Shown here: positions 1 through 11,850 of the stretch, one piece after another
How the letters are laid out: each line of letters opens with the position of its first letter
How positions within the stretch are numbered: the first letter of the stretch is position 1
Source of the DNA: Blepharisma stoltei ATCC 30299
Lineage: Eukaryota; Protista; Ciliophora
Assembly: GCA_965603825.1 (NCBI GenBank)
Contig: CBFDEM010000040.1
Span: forward strand, 434,001 to 498,000
Reading direction: 5' to 3'
DNA length: 64,000 nt
Made by a program: the position numbers and the translations under genes
The notes under the pieces: model-generated
The model's input: the letters and a program-made list of their open reading frames with translations, nothing else
Databases searched by the model: none
Told to the model about the DNA's origin: nothing

Positions 1-2
1 AA

Positions 3-1550
3 GTCCTGAAGCAATGTGTCAGCACTGAAGGCGTCTCCGCAAACTATGTCAGAGATCACATTTTGCAAGACTTTTTCAGATCTTTCTGGCTTAGAAGAAT
101 GGCGCTTGACAAAAAAAACTCAAAACCGCTCATAGAAACGACAGTAGAGCTAGCAAATAAGGTAGGAGGCGGAGAAATAATTGGGAGAATTGTAGACCAC
201 TTGAAAGACGAGAACGAGCCTTTTAGAAAAATGGTATTGGAAACTATAGAAAAAATTGTTATAAATCTAGGCGTCGCAGATATCAACTCCAAGCTTGAAG
301 AAAAAGTGATGGACGGGATGCTTTTTGCCTTTCAAGAACAAGCTACTGATGATTCCGCAGCCGTCATCAACGCATTTGGAACAGTAGTCAGTGCTTTAGG
401 GATCAGATGCAAGCCTTCAATACCATACATTTGTGGTACCATTCAATGAAGACTCAATAATAGATCTCCAAGGGTAAGAATGCAAGCAGCCGATTTAGTT
501 GCAAAAATTGCAATAGTGATGAAAGCCTGTGGTGAAGATAATTTAATGGGCAGAATGGGGGTGGTCCTCTATGAGTGCCTAGGAGAAGAATACCCTGAAG
601 TGCTTGGGTCTTGTCTGTGCGCCTTAAAAGCTATCGTAAATGTGATAGGGATGACCAAGATGACGCCTCCAATAAAAGATTTGCTGCCAAGACTTACCCC
701 TATTCTTAAAAACAGGCATGAAAAAGTCCAGGAAAACGTCATTGATTTAATAGGAAGAATTGCAGACAGAGGTGCTGAGTATGTCTCTGCTAAAGAATGG
801 ATGAGAATCTGCTTTGATTTATTGGACCTGCTAAGAGCCCACAAAAAAGGGATCAGAAGAGCTACTGTGAATACATTTGGGTACATTGCGAAGGCTATTG
901 GCCCTCATGATGTGCTAGGAACTCTTCTTAATAACCTGAAAGTCCAGGAAAGGCAAAACAGAATCTGTACCACAGTTGCCATTGCGATTGTAGCTGAAAC
1001 TTGTGGGCCTTTTACCGTCATTCCAGCCTTAATGAATGAGTATAGAGTTCCCGAGCTCAACGTCCAGAATGGAGTCCTTAAATCTTTCGCGTTTATGTTT
1101 GAGTATATTGGAGAAATGACAAAAGATTATATCTATGCAGTTACTCCTTTATTAGAAGATGCATTGGTTGATAGAGATTTAGTTCATAGACAAATTGCGT
1201 GTGCAGCTATAAAACATCTTGCAATTGGAGTGGAAGGGCTTGGCTGCGAAGACGCACTTACACATTTGCTTAATTTTATATGACCAAATGTTTTTGAAAA
1301 CTCTCCACATGTCATTAATGCTGTTATTGATGCGTTGGATGGACTTAGACTTGGCTTAGGTGTCGGAAGGCTGCTATCATATGTAACCCAAGGCCTTTTC
1401 CATCCTGCAAGAAAAGTTAGGGATGTATACTGGAGAATTTATAATTTATTGTACCTTGGAAATCAGGATGGCTTAGTCATGTCATTCCCAACACTGATTG
1501 ATGATGAAATGAACACGTATAGAAGAACTGAGCTAGAGCTATTCCTTTAA
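3..1550 (+). CDS. SF3B1: Splicing factor 3B subunit 1, C-terminal HEAT repeats (5' truncated by window)
   Basis: Matches known SF3B1 motifs ([56 protein letters not shown]). Three track ORFs join through TGA at 447-449 and 1281-1283, both conserved Trp. Confidence 0.97.
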
Positions 1551-1827
1551 TCTAAATCTCTCGTTTATTTTAAATTATGTTGTATTTTGCAAATATAAAT
1601 TATTGATATTTTCAGACTCTTGAGTTGATAGTTAATAAAAATATAAATGCTTATATAAACAATTAATGTTTATAACATTCATGGTGACCTATATTTCAGA
1701 TATATTTAAGTAAGTTTTGAATTAATTTATAGTCTATTTGCTTTATATCATTTTTATTTAAACGAAAAAGATCGTTTTTACTAAGATACATGGTCTTAAG
1801 AGTCTAACTGACAAGATTGTAATTTAA

Positions 1828-2715
1828 ATGGAAAAAGGTAAACTTCATAATCGCAAGACCAGCCTACCACATGGTATAGATACACTTCCCTCAAACTTCG
1901 CAGAAACTCTGCTTGAGCTAGAAATGGAAGCAGAGCTTCACTGCAACATAGATACCATCAAAGCCTTAGTAGAGCAATATTCTGTAAATTTTATTTAGAA
2001 AGCCGTTGAATATTATGAAGCTATAAAGGACCCGAAATATCTTTACTACAACCACAGACTTCAACTATTTTTAATCAGCGACGATGTGCTTAAAACTGTG
2101 AAGAATGTTTCTCAGTCTGGAACTGAAAGCAATACTTTAAAACCTTTGCAACAGAATAAGATATCATCAATCAACCAATCCTTTGAAGACGCTAGCGATA
2201 AAGTGAAAGCAAAAGTCAGGAAAAAGGCACGCAGATTATCAATGCAATATTCTTCTAGCTTGCCTTCACTTAGAAATACAGAAAAAATTATCAAATCTAA
2301 TGAAAATGTGCTCCATAAAACAAGTACCATGCTCCATGATAATTTGCATTCCCAAGAAACAAGCTTAGAATTGAAAATTATAGCAAGAAAAGAGTCAAGG
2401 ACTCCAAGGAGCAGCACTAAAGTGATAGTTTGGGATAATGATGAGAACCAAGATTCAAACACAGAAGTTTTTGAAAAAGATTTAGAAAATGTCATAGAAA
2501 AATATGTTACAGAAAAATATAAAAAAGTTCAAGAAATAAAGCTGAAGTATCAAGACCAAATTCAAGAAATCAAAGACATGAAGAGCAATGACATCACAAA
2601 GCAGCTACTAAAAGAAATGAATAAACAAATGGAAGCTGAAATTGCAATAGCCAAAGAAGAAGCAGACAATCAGAGATCAACAGCCATTCGGCATCTTAGA
2701 GAGGTTAATAGATAG
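1828..2715 (+). CDS. Hypothetical coiled-coil protein, one intron
   Basis: ATG 1828 is open to a 15-nt intron (1984-1998) and then in frame with ORF 2086-2715 (EQYS|KAVEYYE). Confidence 0.8.
1984..1998 (+). other. 15-nt spliceosomal intron
   Basis: GTAAATTTTATTTAG, A10, phase 0. Removal deletes an in-frame TAG. Confidence 0.85.
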
Positions 2716-2734
2716 TGTAATATATTGGTGAGGG

Positions 2735-3172
2735 CTAATTTTCATGTTTTATTTTACTTACTAGATGAATATTTTCAATTCTCATTGATTTGTCAAAGTT
2801 TTTACACATATCATAAACTGCTAAGCATGATACGCTAACTGCTGTTAAAGCTTCCATTTCTACTCCAGTCTTGGCATGGGCTGCAGCAAATGCTTGAACA
2901 TCAACAGATTTGGTTTCGTGATTGGGCTTTACTTCAACATGGACAGAGTCTAGTGGAAGAGGATGGCACATTGGAAGCAGATTTGGGGTATATTTTGCAC
3001 CTAAAATTCCTGCGATTTCAGCATGTGGAACTATGTCTCCTTTTTTGCTGCCTTTTGTTATTAACTCGTTAAATCCTGCTTCAGAAAATATTACTTTGCC
3101 AGCTGCCAAAGCTTCTCTGCGGCAGGGAATTTTATTTCCGACATCAATCATCTTGAAGAAGGATTTAAGCAT
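2735..3172 (-). CDS. moaC: Cyclic pyranopterin monophosphate synthase (molybdenum cofactor biosynthesis protein C)
   Basis: MIDVGNK, KKGD, LLPMCHPL, TGVEMEAL and YDMCK motifs. Confidence 0.93.
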   Translation of the reverse strand: MLKSFFKMIDVGNKIPCRREALAAGKVIFSEAGFNELITKGSKKGDIVPHAEIAGILGAKYTPNLLPMCHPLPLDSVHVEVKPNHETKSVDVQAFAAAHAKTGVEMEALTAVSVSCLAVYDMCKNFDKSMRIENIHLVSKIKHEN

Positions 3173-3396
3173 TTCTTTATAATTCCATTAAATAAATATT
3201 GTTGAAAATCAGGAATTTAGCTCAGCTTAGCTAAATCGTTAAAATATCTAAATTTATTACAGATACTCCAAGTGGAGACCAATTAAGTACTGTATCTTCT
3301 TTAAGTAAACTTTTTTATCATTTTAAAAAACATAACTTTTTCCCTATATGGCTCTTATTTTTACTACCTATATAAGTTGATTTTAATATTTATTAA

Positions 3397-4398
3397 ATGG
3401 GATGCGAAAATAACCCAACAATAAGCTTTTATTTTTCTGGTCTTGCTGTTGTTTGGTTATCTTTTACAATATGATGAATCTTTAATACATGGTACAGAAA
3501 CAAGCGCTTCACAAAGCCTTTACAAAGAATTATGCTTCTGCTATTAATATTCAAAACTCTATGCAATTTTTTCTTCTCGCTTTACTATATCTCTTGTGAA
3601 GATTCAGCTGAAAGCTCATATTTTGCTTTAGCAGGAATTTCTGCTTATACTCTTTATAACACATTTATATTTGTGATACTTATTTTGATCAGTAAAGGGT
3701 TCGGAATAACTCGAGATGTACTTGACCGTCAAGAAGTTACTTTAATAGCTATGACTATGGGAGCTGTATATTTAGCCTTCAGCGCTTATGTCATTAATCC
3801 TGAACTTGTTATAGTGCTAATTGCTATGTTTGCAACTTTATTTTATTTGACAATAAAATATTCATATTCCAATATTAAAACTTTACAAACCAAGCTTGGA
3901 TATTTGATTAGTGAAAATATTGTTCAAATAATACCAGCAGTGAGACAAAAAATCTCCATGCTAAAGGCATTTGTAGTTTTAGTTTACTTTTATTTTGCTC
4001 AAAATATTTTTACAATACTCTTTCTAATAATGGGAGTCCAAATTTTTATGAGCCCTGACCGATCTTACAGAAATGGGATTGATATTTTTACTGAGACATG
4101 TGACTCTATTTCTTTATTGTGAATTATGTATCTTTTCAGGTCCAAAGATAGAGGAGTTTATTTCAATATTTCCGTCATAGGGAATGAAGCCCCTGCTCAA
4201 GCTTTACCTCCTTTCCTTAAAGCTGGAATTCCCAAAGGAATTGATGAAGAAGACAGGGATAATGTCTCATTAGTAGTATTTTGCCCTCAAGAATTCGACA
4301 AAAGTAAGAGTTATTTAGATCACCCATATAGGAGACTTATGATAGCTACACCGATCCCAAGAGCGCCAATTGAAAGATTTGAAGAAGAAAGACCTTAA
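3397..4398 (+). CDS. Multi-pass (about 7 TM) membrane protein, possibly GPR107/GOST-like
   Basis: ATG 3397. TGA-TGA at 3472-3477 and TGA at 4120-4122 read as Trp. Several hydrophobic helices, with SKGFGITR resembling the family GW-x-I-x-R segment. Confidence 0.7.
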
Positions 4399-4500
4399 AT
4401 GACTGTTTAATTAATCTTGTAAAAGTGGTAAACGCTGTTTATTTTTTATTTAAAAATTACAAAAATCTCCATTTTAAAAGATCGTTAAAATTAAATAGAA

Positions 4501-4983
4501 ATGAAGATCATTATTTTATTCATTTGCTCATTAGCAGCATTTAGCATGAAATCATGTGAGCTTTGCATCAAGCTTTCTCAGTATAATTTTGATTATGCCC
4601 CTTTACTTGATCAAAATTATTGCCAGGATGATTATAATTGCCAGCAAGCAGTCAGAGAAATTTCTTATCGTTATATGTCAGGGACATCTGGTACTAACCC
4701 TTGCACAAGAGATCCTTATAATTTTGACTGTTCGAGCTTTGGAATTAAAGTTTGCTCCCAAATGCTTGATAGCTCTTGTGGGGGGTTCAGTTTTAGAGGA
4801 TCATCTCAATCAAGTGTTGAGCCTGGGAATATTTCTCAAATTATGACCTTAAAGGAGCAACTGAATAGGCTAGAAAACGAAGCAAATGAGGTCGAAAAAC
4901 AAATGCAAGGCGAAATTTCAAGGCAGAAGCAAAAATATATGAACATCTTGGAGAGGCTAAATGAGCTGCAATCAGGTATTTAA
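4501..4983 (+). CDS. Small secreted Cys-rich protein with C-terminal coiled coil
   Basis: Signal-peptide-like N-terminus, 8 Cys in the mature N-half starting with CELC, heptad-rich tail. Confidence 0.75.
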   Translation: MKIIILFICSLAAFSMKSCELCIKLSQYNFDYAPLLDQNYCQDDYNCQQAVREISYRYMSGTSGTNPCTRDPYNFDCSSFGIKVCSQMLDSSCGGFSFRGSSQSSVEPGNISQIMTLKEQLNRLENEANEVEKQMQGEISRQKQKYMNILERLNELQSGI

Positions 4984-5101
4984 AATGTTAATAATAGTAT
5001 TAGAAGTAGAATCATATTAAACTATAAGCTGTTTTTATTTTAAAAACAACACACTCATTTTTCAAAAATTTAAAGCTAAACCCTTAATTGTGAACTAATA
5101 A

Positions 5102-6367
5102 ATGGAAACAGACTCTGACTCGATCTTTAAGAGAATTAAGACGGTTTACCAGGCAACTGACTTAGTAGAAGAGAATCACACACTTTGGGTATTTAAAAAT
5201 GTTCAAAAAGTCCAAGGTCTGGAAGAAATCGGCAGAGAAGAACTATTCCGCCATCAAATCAAAAGCTCATGTCAAAAAATGTCTCATAACGGGATAATTG
5301 TGCGGCCAAACAAAAATGCTACAGTGATGATTATAGGCAATCATTCAGCTGGCAAGAGTTCATTTATAAATTGGTACGTAGGTGAAAATCTACAAAGCAC
5401 AGGGATCGCTCTTGAGACATCTCATTTTACTATGGTCACTCATGGAGCAAAGTCTCAGGAAATAAAAAGTGAAGGAACTTTACGCTTGTACCCCTTCTTG
5501 CACGAACTTTTGCAGCACGGCGATAAAAAGATCTATGGTACCTTTTTTGCTAATTTGAACACAAAGGTTTGCAACAGCACTGAAAGATCCTTTGAATGTG
5601 TTGATTTTATTGATACCCCTGGACTAACTGATGGGAATGTGAAATACCACTGTGACATATTAGAAGTAATGAAATGACTTTCAAAATACGTTGATTTAGT
5701 TCTCGTATTCATGGATCCTGTTGGGCAAGGACTTTGCAACAAAACAATTGACATGGTCGAATTTCTCTGTAAAAATTACCCAGAAAAGCTAAAAATTTAT
5801 CTATCAAAAGCTGATCAAATAGAAAATGAAGAAGACCTTAATAAGCTCTATTTTCAAATTTCAGCTTCATTAACAGATAGACTTAATTTTCAGCACGGGC
5901 TGCATATATACCCATTCAGTATCTTAAAAAATGAATTGCCGTTTCCTAATCGACGAGATATCATATGTAAAGACATAGACTCCTGCATAAGCTTCAAAAC
6001 AGAGAGAAATATAAGCAGTTTATCAACAGACTGCATATTTGTCAAAGAGCATTGCAGGTTTTTATTAGAGGGAGATGATTATCTCAGGAACCAAAAAAAC
6101 CGAGTCTATATGCTACGAATCCTAGCTTTAACTATATTTGTCTTGATTATTTTAAATTGTTTGAAGCTTATTCCTTTGCCTATAAATGATTTATTGCTTG
6201 CTGGAGTCGGAATTTTATCTACTGTTTTAATTGCGGTCTCATTTATGATAGACAAAAAGCCATTCAATTCGCAACAAAGAGCAAGGCTGATTAAGTGGCA
6301 AAAATACTCAGAGGAATCATTGGCAGAATTAGAAAGAATTAAAGAACAATATTATGATAATATCTAA
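5102..6367 (+). CDS. Dynamin-superfamily (EHD/sarcalumenin-like) P-loop NTPase with two C-terminal TM helices
   Basis: GNHSAGKS (G1), DTPG (G3), SKAD (G4). ORFs joined by TGA at 5675-5677. Confidence 0.82.
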
Positions 6368-6388
6368 TCAATAATCGTTTTAGACTAA

Positions 6389-7795
6389 TTAATTGCGTCT
6401 AAGCATCATTTCAGTGAACTCTCTGAAGTCAATCACTCCATCTCCATTTTGATCTACTTCATTAATAATTCCTTGCCACACTGAATCGCTATAATTTTTA
6501 TGCCTCCCTAGCATTGTTTTTAATTCTTCAGCTGAGATGCTTCCACTTCCATCCAAATCAAAAGCTCTAAAAGCGGCCTCCAGTCTATCTCTTGATAACA
6601 ATCTATTAGTCTGAATAGTGGCTGCTATAAATTCTGTATAATCGATCTCTCCAGACTGATCTGTGTCAACCTGCCTCATAATTCGGTCAACCTCACTATC
6701 AACATCCTCAACTGCATATCCATATAATCGTTGATAACCTTCAACAAGTTCTGCTCTCGATAATGTTCCACTATTATCGCGATCTAGCGATTTAAAAACT
6801 TCAAGCATTTCTTCTCTTTCTTCTTTAGTCGAAAGCTGAGAAGCAATAAATGCAAAAGTGGCTTTTTGAAGTGATCTTTCAGTCCTGAAACTTTGGAGGT
6901 TTGTAAATATTGATCTCGTTGCTTCTGGGTTAATTGGAACTCTGCTTGCATTGTGCATCCAAGGATGCTCAAGTGCTTGTCTGGCCGAAACACGCTGCTC
7001 AATATCAAATGTAAGCATTTTGGTAATCAAATCTTTGGCTTCAAAACTAATAGAGTCCCACTCTGGAGATGGGAAGCTGAATTTCCCAACAGCTATTTTT
7101 CTCATTATAGCCTCATCAGTATTGCCTCCAAATGGAGGGTATCCAGCTAAAAAGATATAAAGGTTAACTCCAGCACTCCAGACGTCACATTTCTCGTTGT
7201 ATCTTTTTCTTAAGACTTCTGGAGCAATGTAATAAGGAGTCCCAATTTTCTCAGTCAAGACAGATCCATGAGTGAAAAATTGTGCTGTGCCGAAATCAAT
7301 GACTTTTAAGTTTGCATCTGGTGCAGCAGTGTCTAAAAGCAAATTTTCTGGCTTAAGATCTCTATGAACTACTCCTCTTTCATGGCAATAAGCAATAACA
7401 GACAAAACTTGCCTTATATATTCGGCAGCGACAGCTTCTGATAAGGAACCACTGTTGATGATTCTATCAAAAAGCTCTCCACCTGTGCAAAGTTCAGTAA
7501 TTAAATAGTAATTCTTATCGTCTTGATAAAATTCGTAAATTTTCAGCACATTTGGATGGTCAAGTGATCTTAAGATTGAGACTTCATTGAAAAAGGCGTC
7601 TCTTTCTTCGTCGTTTTTCAGTGTTTTTTTATGGATCACTTTTACTGCTCTTTCCTCTCCAGTTACTCTATGGGTGATTTTTCTTACGCTTCCATAAGCC
7701 CCATCCCCTAGTTTTGACCCAATCCTATAGGTGTCTCTAAGCTTCCCACTTCGTTCGACAACGAAATCTCCTTGTGTGATTCTCAGCCCTTGCAT
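6389..7795 (-). CDS. CDPK: Calcium-dependent protein kinase
   Basis: Kinase domain (HRDLKPEN, DFG, GTPYYIAPE) followed by four EF-hands. Confidence 0.96.
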   Translation of the reverse strand: MQGLRITQGDFVVERSGKLRDTYRIGSKLGDGAYGSVRKITHRVTGEERAVKVIHKKTLKNDEERDAFFNEVSILRSLDHPNVLKIYEFYQDDKNYYLITELCTGGELFDRIINSGSLSEAVAAEYIRQVLSVIAYCHERGVVHRDLKPENLLLDTAAPDANLKVIDFGTAQFFTHGSVLTEKIGTPYYIAPEVLRKRYNEKCDVWSAGVNLYIFLAGYPPFGGNTDEAIMRKIAVGKFSFPSPEWDSISFEAKDLITKMLTFDIEQRVSARQALEHPWMHNASRVPINPEATRSIFTNLQSFRTERSLQKATFAFIASQLSTKEEREEMLEVFKSLDRDNSGTLSRAELVEGYQRLYGYAVEDVDSEVDRIMRQVDTDQSGEIDYTEFIAATIQTNRLLSRDRLEAAFRAFDLDGSGSISAEELKTMLGRHKNYSDSVWQGIINEVDQNGDGVIDFREFTEMMLRRN

Positions 7796-7903
7796 ATTGG
7801 ATCGTTATTAATACAAGTTAATTATTTGATCATTGAATTTTATCAGCATTATTTTTTATGACCATTTTAAGGCTAAATTATTAAAAAGAATTGATTAATG
7901 ATT

Positions 7904-10015
7904 TTAGTCTACTTCATCCATATTGGAAGCTGGCCCTTCTAGTGGAGGCAAATCTTCTTCAACGGCAGCACTTTCTTCCTCTTCATCTTCAATGCTTAGC
8001 CCAAGCTTAATCATTCTGTGAATTCTGTTAGAAAATACATTTGGTTCTTCAAGGCTGAACCCAGACGTCAAAAGAGAAGTCTCATAAAGTAACCATATGA
8101 GATCCTTTACAGTCTTATCTGATTTGTCTTCGTCGCTCTTTGCTTTGAGTTTGATGACAATTGGGTGCTTTGGATTGATTTCCATGGTCTTCTTTGATTG
8201 CATATAAGCACTTGTGGAAGAGTCTCTAAGTGCTTGGGCTTTCATAATTCTTTCCATGTTAGCAGTCCATCCATACTCTCCAGTGACTAAGACGCATGGG
8301 GAATCAGAAATTCTGCTTCCAACCATAACTTTTTCAACTTTGTCACCTAAGACATCTTTAATTAATTTGCAGAGGCCTTCGAATTGAGCTTTTGATTCTT
8401 CAAAAGCTTTCTTCTCTTCCTCAGACTGGTCTAATTCAAGGCCTTCCTTTGTAATGCTTTTCAGTTTCTTTCCGTCGAACTCTTTAAGCTGCTGAACTGC
8501 GTATTCATCAATAGGGTCAACCATATAGATGACTTCGTAGTTTTTCTTCTTCAAAGCTTCAATGAATGGGGAATTTGCAACTGATTGCCTTGATTCACCT
8601 GTGATATAGTAAATATCTTTTTGTCCTTCTTTCATTCTGGATACGTATTCTTTCAATGAAATCATATCGTCTCCAGACTTGCTTGTATGATATCTCAACA
8701 ATTCAGCGATTTTGGTTCTATTGGTAGTATCTTCGTGAATTCCAAGTTTCAAGTTCTTTGAGAACTGTTCATAGAACTTCTTGTAATCCTCTTCATTAGC
8801 TGCAATTTCGTTGAAAAGCTCAAGACATTTTTTGACTAGAGTCTTCTTGATGACTGACAGAATTTTATTTTGTTGGAGAGTTTCTCTGGAAATGTTAAGA
8901 GGCAAGTCTTCGGAATCCACAACACCTTTGATGAAGGATAAGAACTCTGGGATCAACTCGTCACAATCGTCCATGATGAAAACTCTTCTGACGTAAAGCT
9001 TGATGTTGTTGCGTTTCTTTCTGGTTTCAAATTGGTCGAAAGGAGCTCTTTTTGGAACAAAAAGAATGGCTTTAAACTCGAGCTGGCCTTCAACTGTGAA
9101 GTGTTTCACAGCGAGGTGATCTTCCCAGTCGTTAGTGAGGGATTTGTAAAAAGCGCCGTATTCTTCTTTTGTGATGGATTCTGGAGCTCTCATCCAGAGT
9201 GGCTTGGTTTTGTTGACTTGTTCGTATTCGTGAGAAACTTCTTTTATTTTCTTGGTTTTTTTCTTTTTCTTTTCCTTTTCTTCTTCCTCAGTGACTTCTT
9301 CAATCTTAGGTTTTTCTCCTTCTTCTTTTTTCTCTTCTTCTTCATCTTCACTTTCACTGACTTCTTTTTCCTTAGTCTTTTCTACATAAAGTTCAATAGG
9401 GAATCCAATGAATTGTGAGTGCTTCTTAATAAGCTCTTTAAGCTTCTTTTCTTCTAAGAACTCCAATTGGTCCTCTTTAAGTGTCAAAATAACCTTTGTA
9501 CCTCTAGTAAGTCTTTCAGAGTTTGGATTTTCATCTAAAGATATATTGAAAGTACCGCCAGCTGTGGATTCCCAAACATATTGCTGATCATCGTTATTTT
9601 TACTAATCACAGTGACCTTATCAGCTACAAGGAATGCTGAGTAAAAACCGACACCGAACTGTCCAATCATGCTGATATCAGCACCTGAGCTTAAAGCTTC
9701 CATAAAAGCCTTGGTGCCTGACTTGGCAATAGTTCCTAAGTTCTTGACCATTTCTTCCTTTGTCATCCCAATCCCAGTGTCAATGATCGTAAGTGTGTTG
9801 TTGGTCTTGTCTGGGACAACTTTGATAGCAAGGCTACCTTCAGTGGAAAGGACTTCATGGTTTGTAAGAGATATGAACCTTATCTTGTCTAAGGCGTCTG
9901 AGCTGTTAGAAATGAGCTCTCTCAAGAACACTTCTTTGTTGGAGTAAAAAGTGTTGATGATCAAGGACATCAACTGTTGAATATCTGCATTGAAAGCGTA
10001 GGTCTCGGTCGACAT
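7904..10015 (-). CDS. HSP90: Cytosolic heat shock protein 90
   Basis: [25 protein letters not shown]-terminal MDEVD. Confidence 0.99.
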   Translation of the reverse strand: MSTETYAFNADIQQLMSLIINTFYSNKEVFLRELISNSSDALDKIRFISLTNHEVLSTEGSLAIKVVPDKTNNTLTIIDTGIGMTKEEMVKNLGTIAKSGTKAFMEALSSGADISMIGQFGVGFYSAFLVADKVTVISKNNDDQQYVWESTAGGTFNISLDENPNSERLTRGTKVILTLKEDQLEFLEEKKLKELIKKHSQFIGFPIELYVEKTKEKEVSESEDEEEEKKEEGEKPKIEEVTEEEEKEKKKKKTKKIKEVSHEYEQVNKTKPLWMRAPESITKEEYGAFYKSLTNDWEDHLAVKHFTVEGQLEFKAILFVPKRAPFDQFETRKKRNNIKLYVRRVFIMDDCDELIPEFLSFIKGVVDSEDLPLNISRETLQQNKILSVIKKTLVKKCLELFNEIAANEEDYKKFYEQFSKNLKLGIHEDTTNRTKIAELLRYHTSKSGDDMISLKEYVSRMKEGQKDIYYITGESRQSVANSPFIEALKKKNYEVIYMVDPIDEYAVQQLKEFDGKKLKSITKEGLELDQSEEEKKAFEESKAQFEGLCKLIKDVLGDKVEKVMVGSRISDSPCVLVTGEYGWTANMERIMKAQALRDSSTSAYMQSKKTMEINPKHPIVIKLKAKSDEDKSDKTVKDLIWLLYETSLLTSGFSLEEPNVFSNRIHRMIKLGLSIEDEEEESAAVEEDLPPLEGPASNMDEVD

Positions 10016-10058
10016 TTTTATATAGAATATGGTTAGTCTTTAGCCTATATGTAGAAAA

Positions 10059-10071
10059 GAAGGTTCTAGAA
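10059..10071. promoter_or_regulatory. Heat shock element upstream of HSP90
   Basis: GAAggTTCtaGAA, three inverted nGAAn units about 44 bp upstream of the HSP90 ATG. Confidence 0.7.
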
Positions 10072-10625
10072 ATGGAGGACTGGTGATGGAGAGGCATTTT
10101 TATTTGAAGGGAAGCCTTGGGAATAATAAGTAGGAGCCTGCGATGGAAGCCAAAGAGAAAGGATTCTTCAAAATTTGAAGAAGCAAAATTTAGAGAAGAA
10201 AATAGTGAAAATAGAGGGCTGATTATAAAATTTGGCAAAGGCGGGAACCATCAAGAGTGCTTTGGACTCTGTATTTTTATTTAAGAAGATTCTAAAATGA
10301 TAAAGATGCTTTGAAAAAGAATATATAAGCCGTTGGCTCAGCAATATCAACTCTTGGCTCAATGCAAATTCAAGATCTAATCTTTAGCTGACCTATATTC
10401 AAACTAAAAACTGTTTAATGAGATTCGAGAGCTCAATTATAAAGCATAGTGATAGCCCAATTGCTATTATGTTTATTTTCATAAAACAATTAATCAAACT
10501 GTCACCTATTTTTGTATTTTTAAAAAATTAAATTTAATTTTAGAAATAAGTATCATAACTTTTAGAAAATTAAGACTATTAATTGCACTTTAAATCACTT
10601 AAGTAGAAAACTTTATCTTAGATAA

Positions 10626-11822
10626 ATGGGGAGCATCATTTGTTCTGTAGGAACATCCTGCTGCTCTTGCTTGTGCAATGCTTGCTCAAGTTCATTGGAT
10701 GCACCTGCACGTCTAGATAGAAAATTAGAACACCTAAGCATTCTTATCGTCGCAATTTGTATTGGCTTATTACTTTACTATTTTGGAGATGACGCTCTAT
10801 CATTTCTAGAATTTCTTGGATTAACTCCTATCACAGGTCAGCAAGCAATTTACCACGAGAGCTTTAGCTTAGCAATTATTTTCTTGTTCATACTGATTTT
10901 CACACTTATTGATGAGTCTATCATTAACCGTAAAATCCATATAGGAGGATGCTGGACTGTAAAATTTCTTTGTTTTTTGTGTGTGTGTTTATTATCTTTT
11001 GCAATGGGTGACTCATTCTTTGTATTATTTATTTAGGAATATTATTACACCTTCGCTATCTATGCTTCTGTTATATTTCTTATCGCTCAAGTTTTAGTTG
11101 TTATTGATATAGCATATACATGGAATAGTAATTGATTTGAAAAGTATGAAGAAGGAAATAACTATTCATATTATTTAATAATTTCAACCGGAATTGCTTG
11201 AATAGGAAGTATAGCTTGCACAATTTTCAGCTTTTACTGATTTACAGGTACAGATTGTGGTGAAAACTTGTGACTGATAATTTCATCAATCATTTTAGGG
11301 GTTGCGTTAACTATTTTTTCAATTTCTGGGTATGTGGATGATGGCTGTAATTATTATTTAGCCCTGTTTACGAGCTCAATCATCAATCTGTATCTTATTT
11401 ATTCATGCTGGGATGCTCTTGCAGGCGAATATTCTCATTGCAATTCGATATCAGGTCCACTCACAAAAATCATCAGCTTAGCTCTAAGTCTTCTTTTGAT
11501 GATAGTTATTGCTGCATATATCAGTTTAAATCAAGGTGCAAGCAATGAAATTCTGTCTGAGGATGTAGAAAAACCCTTATTAAACAGAAAAACAACCCAA
11601 GATCCAGACTTACACATTCCAGTAGATACAAAATCCATGATCTATTTTCACTTATTAATGGTTTTTTCTTCAATCTATATTGCAGTCCTACTCACTGATT
11701 GGGATTCTCAAAAGTAATTATCATATAGCTCAAACATCGGCAAATGGATTAAATTTTCTTCTTTATGGCTTACTGCTGCACTGTATCTATGGACTATGTT
11801 ATCTTCCTTTGAACGCCATTAA
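10626..11822 (+). CDS. SERINC: Serine incorporator (SERINC/TMS1) family membrane protein, three introns
   Basis: Cys-rich N-terminus, WTVKF, FHLLM..LTDW, and WIK..SLW...LYLWT C-terminus. Introns at 11022-11036, 11347-11361 and 11714-11728. Four TGA-Trp codons. Confidence 0.88.
11022..11036 (+). other. 15-nt intron
   Basis: GTATTATTTATTTAG, A10, removes in-frame TAG. Confidence 0.88.
11347..11361 (+). other. 15-nt intron (no in-frame stop)
   Basis: GTAATTATTATTTAG, A10. Removal gives SERINC-like GSLFTSS. Confidence 0.7.
11714..11728 (+). other. 15-nt intron
   Basis: GTAATTATCATATAG, A10. Removes TAA and restores the last SERINC helix. Confidence 0.88.
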
Positions 11823-11850
11823 TCTCATTACTTTTAATAAAAATAATTAA

